Shown here: one piece after another, positions 48,065-59,024 of the stretch | How the letters are laid out: the number at the start of each line of letters is the position of its first letter | Position numbering within the stretch: the first letter of the stretch is position 1 | Assembly: GCA_050301755.1 (NCBI GenBank) | Contig: JBNKZS010000002.1 | Span: 8,534-72,533, forward strand | DNA: 64,000 nucleotides | Reading direction: 5' to 3' | Source: Mariprofundaceae bacterium | GTDB taxonomy: Bacteria > Pseudomonadota > Zetaproteobacteria > Mariprofundales > Mariprofundaceae | The notes under the pieces: model-generated | Databases searched by the model: none | The model's input: the letters and a program-made list of their open reading frames with translations, nothing else | What the model was told of the DNA's origin: nothing | Made by a program: the position numbers and the translations under genes

Positions 48065-48404
48065 GGTTCATCTTCAGAAGTCGCTGGCGGTATGGAGAAC
48101 TGCTGAATTCAAAACAGTCCTCAAGCATGAGCTTGAGCTGCTGGATATTACGCAGCTACCACTTGTCCAGGGGATGACACAGGGTTCGGTGCCTGTTGAT
48201 GGGAGCGTGGAAGTGATGGTCCTGAACACCTCCGAAACAGATGATTCAGTACAGGCCAAGGTGGGGGTTTTCTATCAAAGCATCATCGCCGGCTGCAGTT
48301 GTTCCGATGATCCGAGCCCGACGGATCTTTGCAATGAGCATTGCGAGCTTCAATTGGAGATCAACAAATCAACAGCTAAAACAAACATAAGCCTTATAAA
48401 TTAA
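48057..48404 (+). CDS. Hypothetical Cys-rich small protein (start uncertain)
   Basis: In-frame TTG at 48057 overlaps the STAS stop by 8 nt. The alternatives are TTG 47988 and ATG 48174. The C-terminal part contains GCSCSDD...LCNEHC. Confidence 0.4.
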   Translation: MAEVHLQKSLAVWRTAEFKTVLKHELELLDITQLPLVQGMTQGSVPVDGSVEVMVLNTSETDDSVQAKVGVFYQSIIAGCSCSDDPSPTDLCNEHCELQLEINKSTAKTNISLIN

Positions 48405-48431
48405 AGGACTTCTTTTTGCCTTGTAAGAAAT

Positions 48432-48875
48432 TCAGAATTTGGTTTGACTGATAGCGGCAGCGATTTTTGCTGCCTGGGCTTCATTGAATTGAATCTCTTC
48501 CAAAGAAAATGGATCCTCACGGGCAATCATGCTGGTAAAGTTGAGGGTTCCCCAGACCGTGTCATCCACAATGATAGGTGAGCTGATATACATTTCACAA
48601 GGGATAAACCTGTAAAGCGGATGGAGGCACAGTCCAACAACACCATCAACCTCCGTAATCGCAACCGTTTTTTGCTTTTCATAAACTTCTCTGCAATAAA
48701 CAGCTTGCAAATCGAACTTTGCACCTACCTTAGGGGTTCCATTAGTTGAGTCGATGGCAAATATTTCATATGTACCATCAATGATGCGACTGGTGATGCC
48801 CACCATGGCATCAAACTTTTCTCTTCCTTCCCGTGTGATGTCTGTGCAAACAGCTCTTAATCCAGATAGTTCCAT
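48432..48875 (-). CDS. Stand-alone GAF domain protein
   Basis: 147 aa and GAF-like (GITSRIIDGTYEIFAI...PLYRFIPCEMYISSPIIVDDTVWGTLNF). The gene and its flanks are low in G+C. Confidence 0.65.
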   Translation of the reverse strand: MELSGLRAVCTDITREGREKFDAMVGITSRIIDGTYEIFAIDSTNGTPKVGAKFDLQAVYCREVYEKQKTVAITEVDGVVGLCLHPLYRFIPCEMYISSPIIVDDTVWGTLNFTSMIAREDPFSLEEIQFNEAQAAKIAAAISQTKF

Positions 48876-48937
48876 GTAACGACCTAATAATAGAAATAAC
48901 TGTTATTTATCATAAATGTGATCTCAAATATATGATT

Positions 48938-49915
48938 TTATGCATTGACCATGCGGCGGGAGGATGGAACATCCACCTTCTCTTCAGCGCGAAGGCCGAG
49001 CTTCTCGAACAGGGCCTTATCGGCATCGGCCTCCTTGTTTCCGGCAGTAAGAAGTTTCTCACCGTAGAAGATCGAGTTGGCGCCGGCGAGGAAGCAGAGC
49101 GCCTGCATCTCTTCGCTCATCGCTTCACGACCTGCGGAGAGGCGCACATGTGAACCCGGCATGGTGATGCGGGAGACGGCGATGGTGCGGATGAACTCGA
49201 ACTTGTCGAGATCGTCGAGGCTCTCCATCGGAGTACCTTCGATCTTGATCAGCATGTTGATCGGCACCGATTCGGGGTGCGGATTCATACGGGCAAGCTG
49301 GGCTACAAGGCCGGCACGATGGCGACGGTTTTCGCCCATGCCGACAATGCCGCCGCAGCAGATGCTCATGCCCTGAGACCGCACATGCTTCAGGGTATCC
49401 AGACGCTCCTCGTAGGTGCGGGTGGAGATGATCTCTTTATAGTATTCAGGATCGGTGTCGAGGTTGTGGTTGTAGTAGTCCAGCCCCGCCTCTTTCAGTT
49501 TGCCGGCCTGCTCTTCGGTGAGCATGCCCAGTGTGGCACAGGTCTCCATACCCATATCACGAACTTCGCTGACCATGTCGCAGACGATCTCGAAAGCACG
49601 GCCTTTCGGTTCACGCCATGCGGCACCCATGCAGAAACGGGTGGCGCCCTTCTCCTTGGCGGCGCGGGCGTTGGCCAGCACCTCCTCCTTGGCCATCAGC
49701 AGCTCTTTCTCAAGGCCTGTCTCGTAACGGGAGCTCTGCGGGCAGTATTTACAATCCTCGGGGCAGCCGCCGGTCTTGATGGAGAGGAGAGTGGAGAGCT
49801 GAATCTCGTTGGCGTCGAAATGGGCACGATGCGCCTGCTGCGCACGGAACATCAGGTCGTTGAACGGAAGTTCAAACAGCTCTGCAATTTCATCAACACT
49901 CCAGTCGTAACGCAT
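48938..49915 (-). CDS. bioB: Biotin synthase
   Basis: Radical-SAM motif [14 protein letters not shown] 49915 is preceded by GAGGAAG and aligns with the usual BioB N-terminus. The longest ORF starts at 49969. Confidence 0.93.
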   Translation of the reverse strand: MRYDWSVDEIAELFELPFNDLMFRAQQAHRAHFDANEIQLSTLLSIKTGGCPEDCKYCPQSSRYETGLEKELLMAKEEVLANARAAKEKGATRFCMGAAWREPKGRAFEIVCDMVSEVRDMGMETCATLGMLTEEQAGKLKEAGLDYYNHNLDTDPEYYKEIISTRTYEERLDTLKHVRSQGMSICCGGIVGMGENRRHRAGLVAQLARMNPHPESVPINMLIKIEGTPMESLDDLDKFEFIRTIAVSRITMPGSHVRLSAGREAMSEEMQALCFLAGANSIFYGEKLLTAGNKEADADKALFEKLGLRAEEKVDVPSSRRMVNA

Positions 49916-49989
49916 GGCATCTTCCTCGTCTCGTAAACTTGATGGCGGCATATGGTAAACGGATGTCACCCATGGCGCAAAAAATAGGA

Positions 49990-51659
<1,670 letters not shown>

Positions 51660-51660
<1 letters not shown>

Positions 51661-51929
51661 CAGGACTCTTCCCCGAAGCGATCGTTAACAAGTTGTTCAA
51701 TGGCCTCCAGCGCCTCTTCAGCATCGTCACCTTCGGCCTTCAGCATAAGGTCGGTTCCCTTGCAGGCGGCCAACATCATGATACCCATAATGCTCTTGGC
51801 GTTTACCTCCATATTCTCTTTGATCAGCATGATTTCGCTGCTGAAGGCTCCCGCTTTCGAGACCAGTTTTGCCGATGCCCGGGCATGCAGACCGAGTTTG
51901 TTACAGATATGAATTTTGCGTTCAGGCAT
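51660..51929 (-). CDS. ptsH: Phosphocarrier protein HPr
   Basis: 89 aa from ATG 51929. It has the His-15 motif NKLGLHARA and the Ser-46 region AKSIMGIMML. Its stop shares 1 nt with the ptsI start codon. Confidence 0.85.
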
Positions 51930-52371
51930 CTGGACGCCTCGCAGCATCACTTTTATTCCAGTTTGACCCATGCTGTTCAAGATAGTCGGAGGCCAGACAG
52001 ATGTATTGTTGGCCGGCAACAGCAACATCCCGGGCAAGTGTTTTGATGTCCGGACTCTCCTGACGCATGGAGAGAGCCTTGATCAGAGCCGGAAGATTGA
52101 AGCCGGAAAGCACTTCGACTCTGGAGGGTTCGGCGCAGCTCAGTGCCACGTTGCATGGCGTGCCTCCGAACATGTCGGCAAGTATGAAGACACCGTCACC
52201 CGTGTCGGTCTGGCGAATCATTTTGGCTAGCTCATCCTGAAGCTGATCAGGCCTGTCCGAATTTTCGACATCAAGCGTGGCGATCAACGGCTGTTTACCG
52301 AGCACATGTTCAGCAGCCTCCAGCATCTCTGCGGCAATTCGGGCATGGGCAATGAGAACAATTCCTATCAA
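51922..52371 (-). CDS. PTS EIIA component, mannose/fructose family
   Basis: 149 aa starting MIGIVLIAHARIA..., the EIIA-Man fold pattern (DMFGGTPCN). It overlaps the HPr start by 8 nt. Confidence 0.85.
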   Translation of the reverse strand: MIGIVLIAHARIAAEMLEAAEHVLGKQPLIATLDVENSDRPDQLQDELAKMIRQTDTGDGVFILADMFGGTPCNVALSCAEPSRVEVLSGFNLPALIKALSMRQESPDIKTLARDVAVAGQQYICLASDYLEQHGSNWNKSDAARRPDA

Positions 52372-52390
52372 CGATAACTCCTGATCATGA

Positions 52391-53251
52391 TTACACCTTC
52401 GGCGCCAGCTCTCTGTGTTTTATCACAGGAGAGGCTAGCCCCTGGCCACGAATCCATGCATTCATTCGTTCAGCCATGTAGACAGAGCGATGACGGCCTC
52501 CACTGCAACCAAAGGCAAGTGTAAAATAACGCTTCCGCTCCTTTTGCAGGCGTGGCCAGATAAACTGTAACCAGTCACGCAGCCACTTTTCGGCTTCGTC
52601 CACATCGGGCGTGGCGGCAAAAAAATCCTGCACCGGCTTGTCACGTCCGGTCAATGCTGCGAGTTCCGGGATATAGTGAGGGTTGGGAAGGAAGCGCATG
52701 TCGATAACCATATCGGCAGAAGGTGGAAGCCCTCGCTGATAGCTGAACGAGATGATGGAGCATACAATTTCGTGTTGACGAAGATCCATTTCGTTATGAC
52801 TGCGCCAGAATGATTCGACCAGGTCAGCCAGTTCATAAGGATTGAGATTACTGCTGTTAAGAACAATGTCTGATTGTTCACGGAGCGGGTCAAGTGCTTT
52901 GCGTTCGGCATCAATGGTGTTGGTCAGTTCTTTGGCGGAACTGAAGGGGTGTTTGCGGCGCAGGGTGGAGAAGCGGCGCAGCAGGACCTCATCATCGGCG
53001 TCAATGAATATCAGCTGCCACTCGTTTTCATTTCGGGCTTTTGCAAGCTCGTTATAGAGCATGTCCGGGCTCTCGCTGCTGCGGATGTCGACACAGACAG
53101 CCGCGTGCTTCTGCAGTTTCTCGGCCCGCTCTGCCCAATCAGATAACATTTCAGCGGGGAGATTGTCGGTGCAGAAAAAGCCCAGGTCTTCGAGCGCATG
53201 CAGGGCCGTACTTTTTCCTGCGCCGGAGAGTCCGGAAATCATCAGCAGCAT
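52391..53251 (-). CDS. rapZ: RNase adapter protein RapZ
   Basis: 286 aa with Walker A GLSGAGKS and the C-terminal conserved region CSGGRHRSV. Confidence 0.92.
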   Translation of the reverse strand: MLLMISGLSGAGKSTALHALEDLGFFCTDNLPAEMLSDWAERAEKLQKHAAVCVDIRSSESPDMLYNELAKARNENEWQLIFIDADDEVLLRRFSTLRRKHPFSSAKELTNTIDAERKALDPLREQSDIVLNSSNLNPYELADLVESFWRSHNEMDLRQHEIVCSIISFSYQRGLPPSADMVIDMRFLPNPHYIPELAALTGRDKPVQDFFAATPDVDEAEKWLRDWLQFIWPRLQKERKRYFTLAFGCSGGRHRSVYMAERMNAWIRGQGLASPVIKHRELAPKV

Positions 53252-53287
53252 TCGGAAAGATCACCCTGTATCAAATCGTTGAGGCCA

Positions 53288-54244
53288 TTAATCATGCGTG
53301 CCGCTCCCCTGGCGTATGCGCTCTTCCAGGGCTTCGGTGAATGACTTGTTGCTATCCAGGCCCCGCTGCTTCAACAGCTGGTTACGTGTTGCCACCTCAA
53401 TGAGAACAGCCAGCGAACGGCCGGGACGGATGGGAATGCGAATCTTGGGCAGCGAAACGCCATTGAGCTTGATCCTGTTCTCTTCGCCAAGAATACGATC
53501 CTCCTCCTTGATCTTCTCCCAGGTGACCACTTCGATGACCAGTCGCAGCCGCTTGGTGTCAGTAATCGCCGCAGCGCCATAGAGATCACGGATGTTGAGA
53601 ATGCCGAGACCGCGAATCTCCATATGATATTTCAGCGATTCGGGACTCTTGCCCACAAGCACTTCTGACCCCTGTCGGATCAGTTCGACCATATCATCGG
53701 AAATCAACCGGTGACCACGTTCGATCAACTCCAGTGCAATTTCACTTTTGCCGATGCCGCTGGCACCGGTGAGCAGGACTCCCATGCCGAAAATGTCCAT
53801 GTAGACGCCGTGCTGGAAGACACTCGGAGCAAGGCGTTTGGAGAGATAGAGCATCATGTCGGTCATGAATACCGAGGATTTCAGATCGGTGATAATGAGG
53901 GGTGTATCGGTTCGGGTCGCCGCTTCGACGATGATGTCCGGAGGCGACTGGTCGCCGGTGATGACAACACCGGCCAGACGCAGGTCGAACACATCATTAA
54001 CCACGCGGCGCTGTTCATCCTCGGACTTGGTTTCCAGATAGTGGAGTTCGGTCTGGCCGATTACCTGCAGCCTGTAATCACTCAGGTTTTCCAGAAAGCC
54101 GGCAAAGGCGAGTGAAGGTTTCTGCATACGTGGGTGATCAATGTATCGATAGAGGCCCTTCTCACCTGTGATCAGTCGCATGTTCAGGGCTTCACTGCGT
54201 TCTTCGAGCAGCTCACCGAGAGTAATGCGGGGCGCTTGCGTCAT
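53288..54244 (-). CDS. hprK: HPr kinase/phosphorylase
   Basis: 318 aa with the P-loop GASGIGKSE and the signature LEIRGLGILNIRDLYG-like segment (MEIRGLGILNIRDLYG). Confidence 0.93.
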   Translation of the reverse strand: MTQAPRITLGELLEERSEALNMRLITGEKGLYRYIDHPRMQKPSLAFAGFLENLSDYRLQVIGQTELHYLETKSEDEQRRVVNDVFDLRLAGVVITGDQSPPDIIVEAATRTDTPLIITDLKSSVFMTDMMLYLSKRLAPSVFQHGVYMDIFGMGVLLTGASGIGKSEIALELIERGHRLISDDMVELIRQGSEVLVGKSPESLKYHMEIRGLGILNIRDLYGAAAITDTKRLRLVIEVVTWEKIKEEDRILGEENRIKLNGVSLPKIRIPIRPGRSLAVLIEVATRNQLLKQRGLDSNKSFTEALEERIRQGSGTHD

Positions 54245-54246
54245 GA

Positions 54247-54693
54247 TTACTGGAGGTTTGTTTCCGCAAATATCTCGGATATCGATTCAGGATTGTCGGC
54301 CTGCATGATGGCATTCCGTATTTGTTCCTGTTGAAGCACGCGCGCCAGTTTTGCCAGCAGCTCGAGATGAGTGCGATCTTCGTCGTCGGGAACCAGAAGA
54401 AGAATAACGATATGAACCGGATTCCCATCAATGGCATCAAATTCAATGCCTGTATTGTGCCTTACCAGTGCGACTATCGGGTGATTCAGATCCGGCATGC
54501 GACCATGGGGTATTGCTACCCCGTGGCCGATACCGGTGCTACCCAGATGTTCCCGGGCCATGACAACCTCTAATACCCGATCCGGATCCAGTGCCGAAAG
54601 CGAGTTTGCCATCTCTGTCAGCAGCGCACGTTTGCTGCTGGCGGTCGAGTCGGGCAATACCCGTTCAGGCGGGATCAGGGTTGGCGATTCCAT
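54247..54693 (-). CDS. ptsN: PTS EIIA-Ntr nitrogen regulatory protein
   Basis: 148 aa with the phosphorylatable-His motif GIGHGVAIPHGR. Confidence 0.9.
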   Translation of the reverse strand: MESPTLIPPERVLPDSTASSKRALLTEMANSLSALDPDRVLEVVMAREHLGSTGIGHGVAIPHGRMPDLNHPIVALVRHNTGIEFDAIDGNPVHIVILLLVPDDEDRTHLELLAKLARVLQQEQIRNAIMQADNPESISEIFAETNLQ

Positions 54694-54717
54694 GGATGAC
54701 TCCGGGACCTCTCTTGC

Positions 54718-55284
54718 TTAAGCGTCTGGCTCAATCCAGCTCAGTGTTCCGTCAGCACGACGATACAGCGCGTTAAGTGTATCAGTCTCGATGTTGGTAA
54801 AGAAGAAAACATTCTGACTTTCATTCAATTCCAACTGCATGACCGCTTCATCAACACTCATCGGCAGTGCATCAATATGCTCATGATTCACGATGCTTGG
54901 AGCCTGATCTTCAGTTAGCTCCTCCACATCACGAGCAAGATCAAGCACGCGGTGAGAGACCTTGATTTCACGACCCACACGTTTGCCATGCTGGCTGCCG
55001 TGTCTGTGCAGCTTTGAGCGGTAGCGCTTGAGCTGACGATTAAGTTTATCCACAACACCATCAATGGAGGCGTACATATCTTCTGTCTCATGGCCACCGT
55101 GAATGTTGATGCCGTTCGCCTGCATGTTCACTTCGCAGCGTTGACGGAACTTCTCCACCGATAGCACCACATGCACATCGACCACATGGTCGAAGGAGTG
55201 CTTCAGGTGCTGGAGCTTGTCATGGACATAGTTTTTGAGTGGATCTGTTAGCTCCACATGACGCCCTGTAATGGATACTTGCAT
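54718..55284 (-). CDS. hpf: Ribosome hibernation promoting factor (long form)
   Basis: 188 aa with an S30AE N-terminal domain (MQVSITGRHVELTD) and a C-terminal dimerisation domain. Confidence 0.92.
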   Translation of the reverse strand: MQVSITGRHVELTDPLKNYVHDKLQHLKHSFDHVVDVHVVLSVEKFRQRCEVNMQANGINIHGGHETEDMYASIDGVVDKLNRQLKRYRSKLHRHGSQHGKRVGREIKVSHRVLDLARDVEELTEDQAPSIVNHEHIDALPMSVDEAVMQLELNESQNVFFFTNIETDTLNALYRRADGTLSWIEPDA

Positions 55285-55383
55285 TATATACCTCCGCTTT
55301 TCTTCAAAATCCAGACATCGCTTCCTTGCGATGCCGTGCGGGAATCACTCCCGACTTTATGACCACAGTGTGATCAATCCTTG

Positions 55384-56817
55384 TCATGGCGCATGGGATA
55401 CGCCAGCTAAATCTTTCTTCTCTCTTCGCTGAGCAAGGCGGGCTTTGCCATCACGTCGGCGTTGACTGCTCGGTGGCAGACCAACCTGCTCACGATATTT
55501 CGCCACAGTGCGTCGTGCAATCTCTATGCCTTCGGCCTGTAAACGGTCGGCAATTGCCTGATCCGAGATCGGTTTGCCCATCGGTTCGGATTCAATCAGC
55601 GCTTTTACGCGCTGCTGCACGCGATAGACCGAAATCGTACCGCCGCCACGGGTTGGCAGGCCGGCGGAAAAGAAGCGGCGCATCTCGATCAGGCCGAGCG
55701 GTGTTTCGGCATATTTACCATTGGTGACTCGTGAGATAGTCGATTCATGCAGGCCAACCTCTTCGGCAACGTCCTGAAGCGTGAGTGGTTTCAACCCGAG
55801 AATACCGTGTTCAAGAAAGGCGCGTTGCCGTTTGGCCAGGCACATACCGACCTTCATCAGCGTTTCACTGCGCTGATCCAGCGCATAGAGAAGCCACTTG
55901 GCCTCCTGCATGGCGTTGTCCATGAATTCGCTGTCGGAGCCCGTCCACTCATGGCCATCCCATTGGTTGCTGATACGTAGTGTACGACGTGTGGAGCTTG
56001 GAACCTCCACCTCAATGTCCTTGTTGCTACGCCGAAAAATGATTTCAGGGCGGACATAGATGTTGGTCTCTCCATGCAGGCCGTGGCCGGGAAATGGATC
56101 AAGTCTGCGCATTCTGGCCTTAGCCTGATCCAGTTCATCAAACGTGCAGCCGAGGGTTTTTGCCAATACGTCATCCGGCTGGAAAAGGGCTTCAGCGTGG
56201 TGGAGAAGCATGCGGCGCACCAGTTTTGAGGCGTCGTCATTCTCGGTCAGCTGCAGTAACAGGCACTCGGTTAGATCCTGGGCACCGATACCTGCCGGCT
56301 CAAGCTCCTGAACAACGGATTCGAGCACAATCATTACCTGTTCGGGCGTAGTGTCCATCATGGTTGCAATCTCTTGAGGGTCGGAGCGGAAATAGCCGTC
56401 ATCTTCCAGTGAATCGACAATGACATGGGCAATGGCATGTTCCTGTTCACTCATCGGTTGTTGATCAATCTGCTCATGCAGGGAGTCACTCAGGCTCTGC
56501 TCCTCCTGCCATTGCTGTTCGCGATCGGGTAGCGAGTCTCTTGCCGCAGCGTTGTACATGGTCTCCCAACGATCATCACCATGCTCACGCCAATCCTCTT
56601 CGTACTCGGATTCGCTTTTGCCTTCAGAGTTTTCGAGAGCGGGCGTTTCCTGTTCATGCTCAAGCAGCGGATTGCTTTCAAGACACTCTTCCAGATAAGC
56701 CTCAAGCTCAATGGAGTTCATAGCCAGAACCTTCAGGCTCTGGGTCAGTTGCGGGGTAAGGGCAAGGCGCTGCCCAAGTTTTTGTGCGAGTTTGGTTTGT
56801 ACGTGTGCTCCGGCCAT
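55384..56817 (-). CDS. rpoN: RNA polymerase sigma-54 factor
   Basis: 477 aa with an acidic region II, an HTH and the RpoN box ARRTVAKYR. Confidence 0.96.
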   Translation of the reverse strand: MAGAHVQTKLAQKLGQRLALTPQLTQSLKVLAMNSIELEAYLEECLESNPLLEHEQETPALENSEGKSESEYEEDWREHGDDRWETMYNAAARDSLPDREQQWQEEQSLSDSLHEQIDQQPMSEQEHAIAHVIVDSLEDDGYFRSDPQEIATMMDTTPEQVMIVLESVVQELEPAGIGAQDLTECLLLQLTENDDASKLVRRMLLHHAEALFQPDDVLAKTLGCTFDELDQAKARMRRLDPFPGHGLHGETNIYVRPEIIFRRSNKDIEVEVPSSTRRTLRISNQWDGHEWTGSDSEFMDNAMQEAKWLLYALDQRSETLMKVGMCLAKRQRAFLEHGILGLKPLTLQDVAEEVGLHESTISRVTNGKYAETPLGLIEMRRFFSAGLPTRGGGTISVYRVQQRVKALIESEPMGKPISDQAIADRLQAEGIEIARRTVAKYREQVGLPPSSQRRRDGKARLAQRREKKDLAGVSHAP

Positions 56818-56938
56818 TTAGTGAATCACACTGCCGGGGGAAATCGGGAACAGCTCTTTGAGGCTGACTTCAGAAACAGATTTATACATCCGTAATAGAT
56901 TTATATACCAGATTCAGCGATGGCACAAGTTGCGAGTC

Positions 56939-57259
56939 TTATTGCTTCAGCGGAGCAAGAAGCTCAGCCAGTTCACCCGACTCGTGCATCTCGGTGACAA
57001 TGTCGCATCCACCGATAAACTCGCCTTTTACATAGAGTTGGGGAATGGTCGGCCAGTCGGTATAACTCTTGATGCCTTCACGGATAGCAGGATCAAGAAG
57101 TACATTGACGGACGCATAAGAGACACCTTGCTGCTCGAGGATGGCCGCGACACGCTGGGAAAAGCCGCATTGCGGGAATTGCGGCGTACCTTTCATGAAT
57201 AGAACAATGTCCTGTTCATGGACAAGGTTATCAATCAGCTGGTGAACGCTATCGGTCAT
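56939..57259 (-). CDS. grxD: Monothiol glutaredoxin (Grx4 family)
   Basis: 106 aa with the CGFS active site. Confidence 0.92.
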   Translation of the reverse strand: MTDSVHQLIDNLVHEQDIVLFMKGTPQFPQCGFSQRVAAILEQQGVSYASVNVLLDPAIREGIKSYTDWPTIPQLYVKGEFIGGCDIVTEMHESGELAELLAPLKQ

Positions 57260-57269
57260 AGTAAATCCT

Positions 57270-57503
57270 TTATTTTGCGCGTGTTTTCAGGGCAAGAGCG
57301 TGTACGGCTTCGCGCATATTGTCACCGAGGGCCGCGTAGACCATCTGGTGCTGGGCAACCCGAGACTTACCGGAAAAACCCGGCCAGACAACCTCCATCT
57401 CGAAATGGTCATCGCCCGAGTAGAGTTTTACATCTACTTGCGCATCCGGAAGCTGCGCAAGTACAAGCTCGCGTAGATGGTCGGGGGTGATGTCAGTTGC
57501 CAT
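57270..57503 (-). CDS. BolA/IbaG-family protein
   Basis: 77 aa with the BolA-like pattern (FSGKSRVAQHQMVYAAL). It is adjacent to grxD, its usual partner. Confidence 0.85.
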   Translation of the reverse strand: MATDITPDHLRELVLAQLPDAQVDVKLYSGDDHFEMEVVWPGFSGKSRVAQHQMVYAALGDNMREAVHALALKTRAK

Positions 57504-57535
57504 GTTGCCTCAATTCTTCGTTTGTTGCCGGAAAT

Positions 57536-57612
57536 TGGTGGGCCCACCAGGACTCGAACCTGGAACCAACCGGTTATGAGCCGGTAGCGCTAACCAATTG
57601 CGCCATGGGCCC
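57536..57612 (-). tRNA. tRNA with CAT anticodon (elongator Met or lysidine-modified Ile2; not initiator)
   Basis: The reverse complement is GGGCCCATGGCGCAATTGGTTAGCGCTACCGGCTCATAACCGGTTGGTTCCAGGTTCGAGTCCTGGTGGGCCCACCA. This folds as a 77-nt cloverleaf with an encoded CCA. The anticodon stem ACCGG/CCGGT lacks the initiator GGG/CCC. Confidence 0.9.
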
Positions 57613-57705
57613 GGAGCGCTGCACAATACTGCGATACCTTTTGCTAGGCAAACCCAAGTCACATAGGGTGCACCAACTTAAAAGAGACAGTGATACTAAA
57701 AAATT

Positions 57706-59013
57706 ATGAAATTCAATGAACTAAACCTTGCCGAACCCCTACTGCGAGCGATCGACGATCTCGGTTTTACCGAGCTTACAGCAGTCCAGCAGACCGCTTT
57801 GCCGATGACGCTGGCTGGAAAGGATGTTGCCGGTCAGGGAAGAACTGGAACAGGCAAAACAGCCACATTCCTGATCACCACGCTTAACCGGCTGCTGACC
57901 GAACCGCCCAAAGAGGGGCGCAACGTCAAGCATCCACGTGCCCTGGTGATAGCACCGACACGTGAGCTGGTGGTGCAGATTTCCGACGATGCAAAAAACC
58001 TGATCAAGTACAGCGACCTGAAGTTGCACACCGTTTTCGGTGGCGTCGACTATGAGAAGCAGCGCCTTGCCTTTGATGAGGGCGTCGACATTCTGGTTGG
58101 AACACCGGGCCGCCTGATCGATTACCTGAAAAAGAACTGCTATTCGCTGAGCAAGTGCGAGATGCTGGTTATTGATGAGGCTGATCGCATGTTCGATCTC
58201 GGCTTTATCAAGGATCTGCGCTTCATGCTGCGCCGCCTGCCGAAATATGATGAGCGTCAGTCGCTGATGTTCTCCGCCACACTCTCGCATCGGGTGCTTG
58301 AGCTTGCTTATGAGCATATGAATGACCCGGTGAAGCTGCGTGCCGAAGAGGGAAGCCTTACTGCCGACGGCATTGAGGAGTCGATGTACCACACGGCTAT
58401 GGAGGAGAAGTTTCCTCTGCTCGTTCATATTCTACGTGAACAGCATGTGGAGCGCGGCGTGATCTTTATCAATCAGAAGCGTACCGGGGAAAAGGTGGCC
58501 CGTAATCTGGCCCGCTACGGCTTTGCCGTAGGCATTCTCTCCGGCGATGTGCGTCAGAAAAAACGCATGCGAATCCTGGAAGATTTCAGTGCCGGCAAAT
58601 TGCACTTGCTGGTGGCGACCGATGTGGCCAGTCGCGGGCTGCACATTGATGGCGTTACCCATGTTTTCAACTACGACCTTCCCGACGATGCAGAGAACTA
58701 TGTGCATCGAATCGGCCGTACGGCACGCGCCGGGGCCAAGGGTGTTGCCGTATCATTTGCCTGTGAGCACTTCTGTTTCGGTGTTCCCGATATTGAAGCC
58801 TATATCAAGCGCTCCATTCCACTGATGCGTATTGAGCCCGAGTGGCTTGAGATCGGTGACCCGGTGAATCCGGATGCGGTTGCTGAAGGGCTGGGCAAAG
58901 AGGATCGTGAACAGCCTCGCAACAATGGCGATAAGGGCAAGCCGAGACGCCCGGGTGGCAGTGGCGGCAATCGCCGCAGACGTCCCGGTGGTAACAGGCC
59001 GAAGCGCGCCTGA
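57706..59013 (+). CDS. rhlB: DEAD-box ATP-dependent RNA helicase, RhlB-like
   Basis: 435 aa with Q motif, GTGKT, DEAD, SAT and HRIGRTAR. The Arg/Gly-rich C-terminal tail and several segments (GRLIDY, DEADRMFDLGFIKD) match RhlB. Confidence 0.8.
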   Translation: MKFNELNLAEPLLRAIDDLGFTELTAVQQTALPMTLAGKDVAGQGRTGTGKTATFLITTLNRLLTEPPKEGRNVKHPRALVIAPTRELVVQISDDAKNLIKYSDLKLHTVFGGVDYEKQRLAFDEGVDILVGTPGRLIDYLKKNCYSLSKCEMLVIDEADRMFDLGFIKDLRFMLRRLPKYDERQSLMFSATLSHRVLELAYEHMNDPVKLRAEEGSLTADGIEESMYHTAMEEKFPLLVHILREQHVERGVIFINQKRTGEKVARNLARYGFAVGILSGDVRQKKRMRILEDFSAGKLHLLVATDVASRGLHIDGVTHVFNYDLPDDAENYVHRIGRTARAGAKGVAVSFACEHFCFGVPDIEAYIKRSIPLMRIEPEWLEIGDPVNPDAVAEGLGKEDREQPRNNGDKGKPRRPGGSGGNRRRRPGGNRPKRA

Positions 59014-59024
59014 CAGGGTCGACC

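Noticed and set aside
57536-57612. The tRNA(CAT) as a possible integration site for a genomic island.
   Set aside because: There is no integrase, no direct repeat of the tRNA 3' end, and no compositional break that I could see on either side. The flanking genes are housekeeping (bolA-like/grxD and rhlB).
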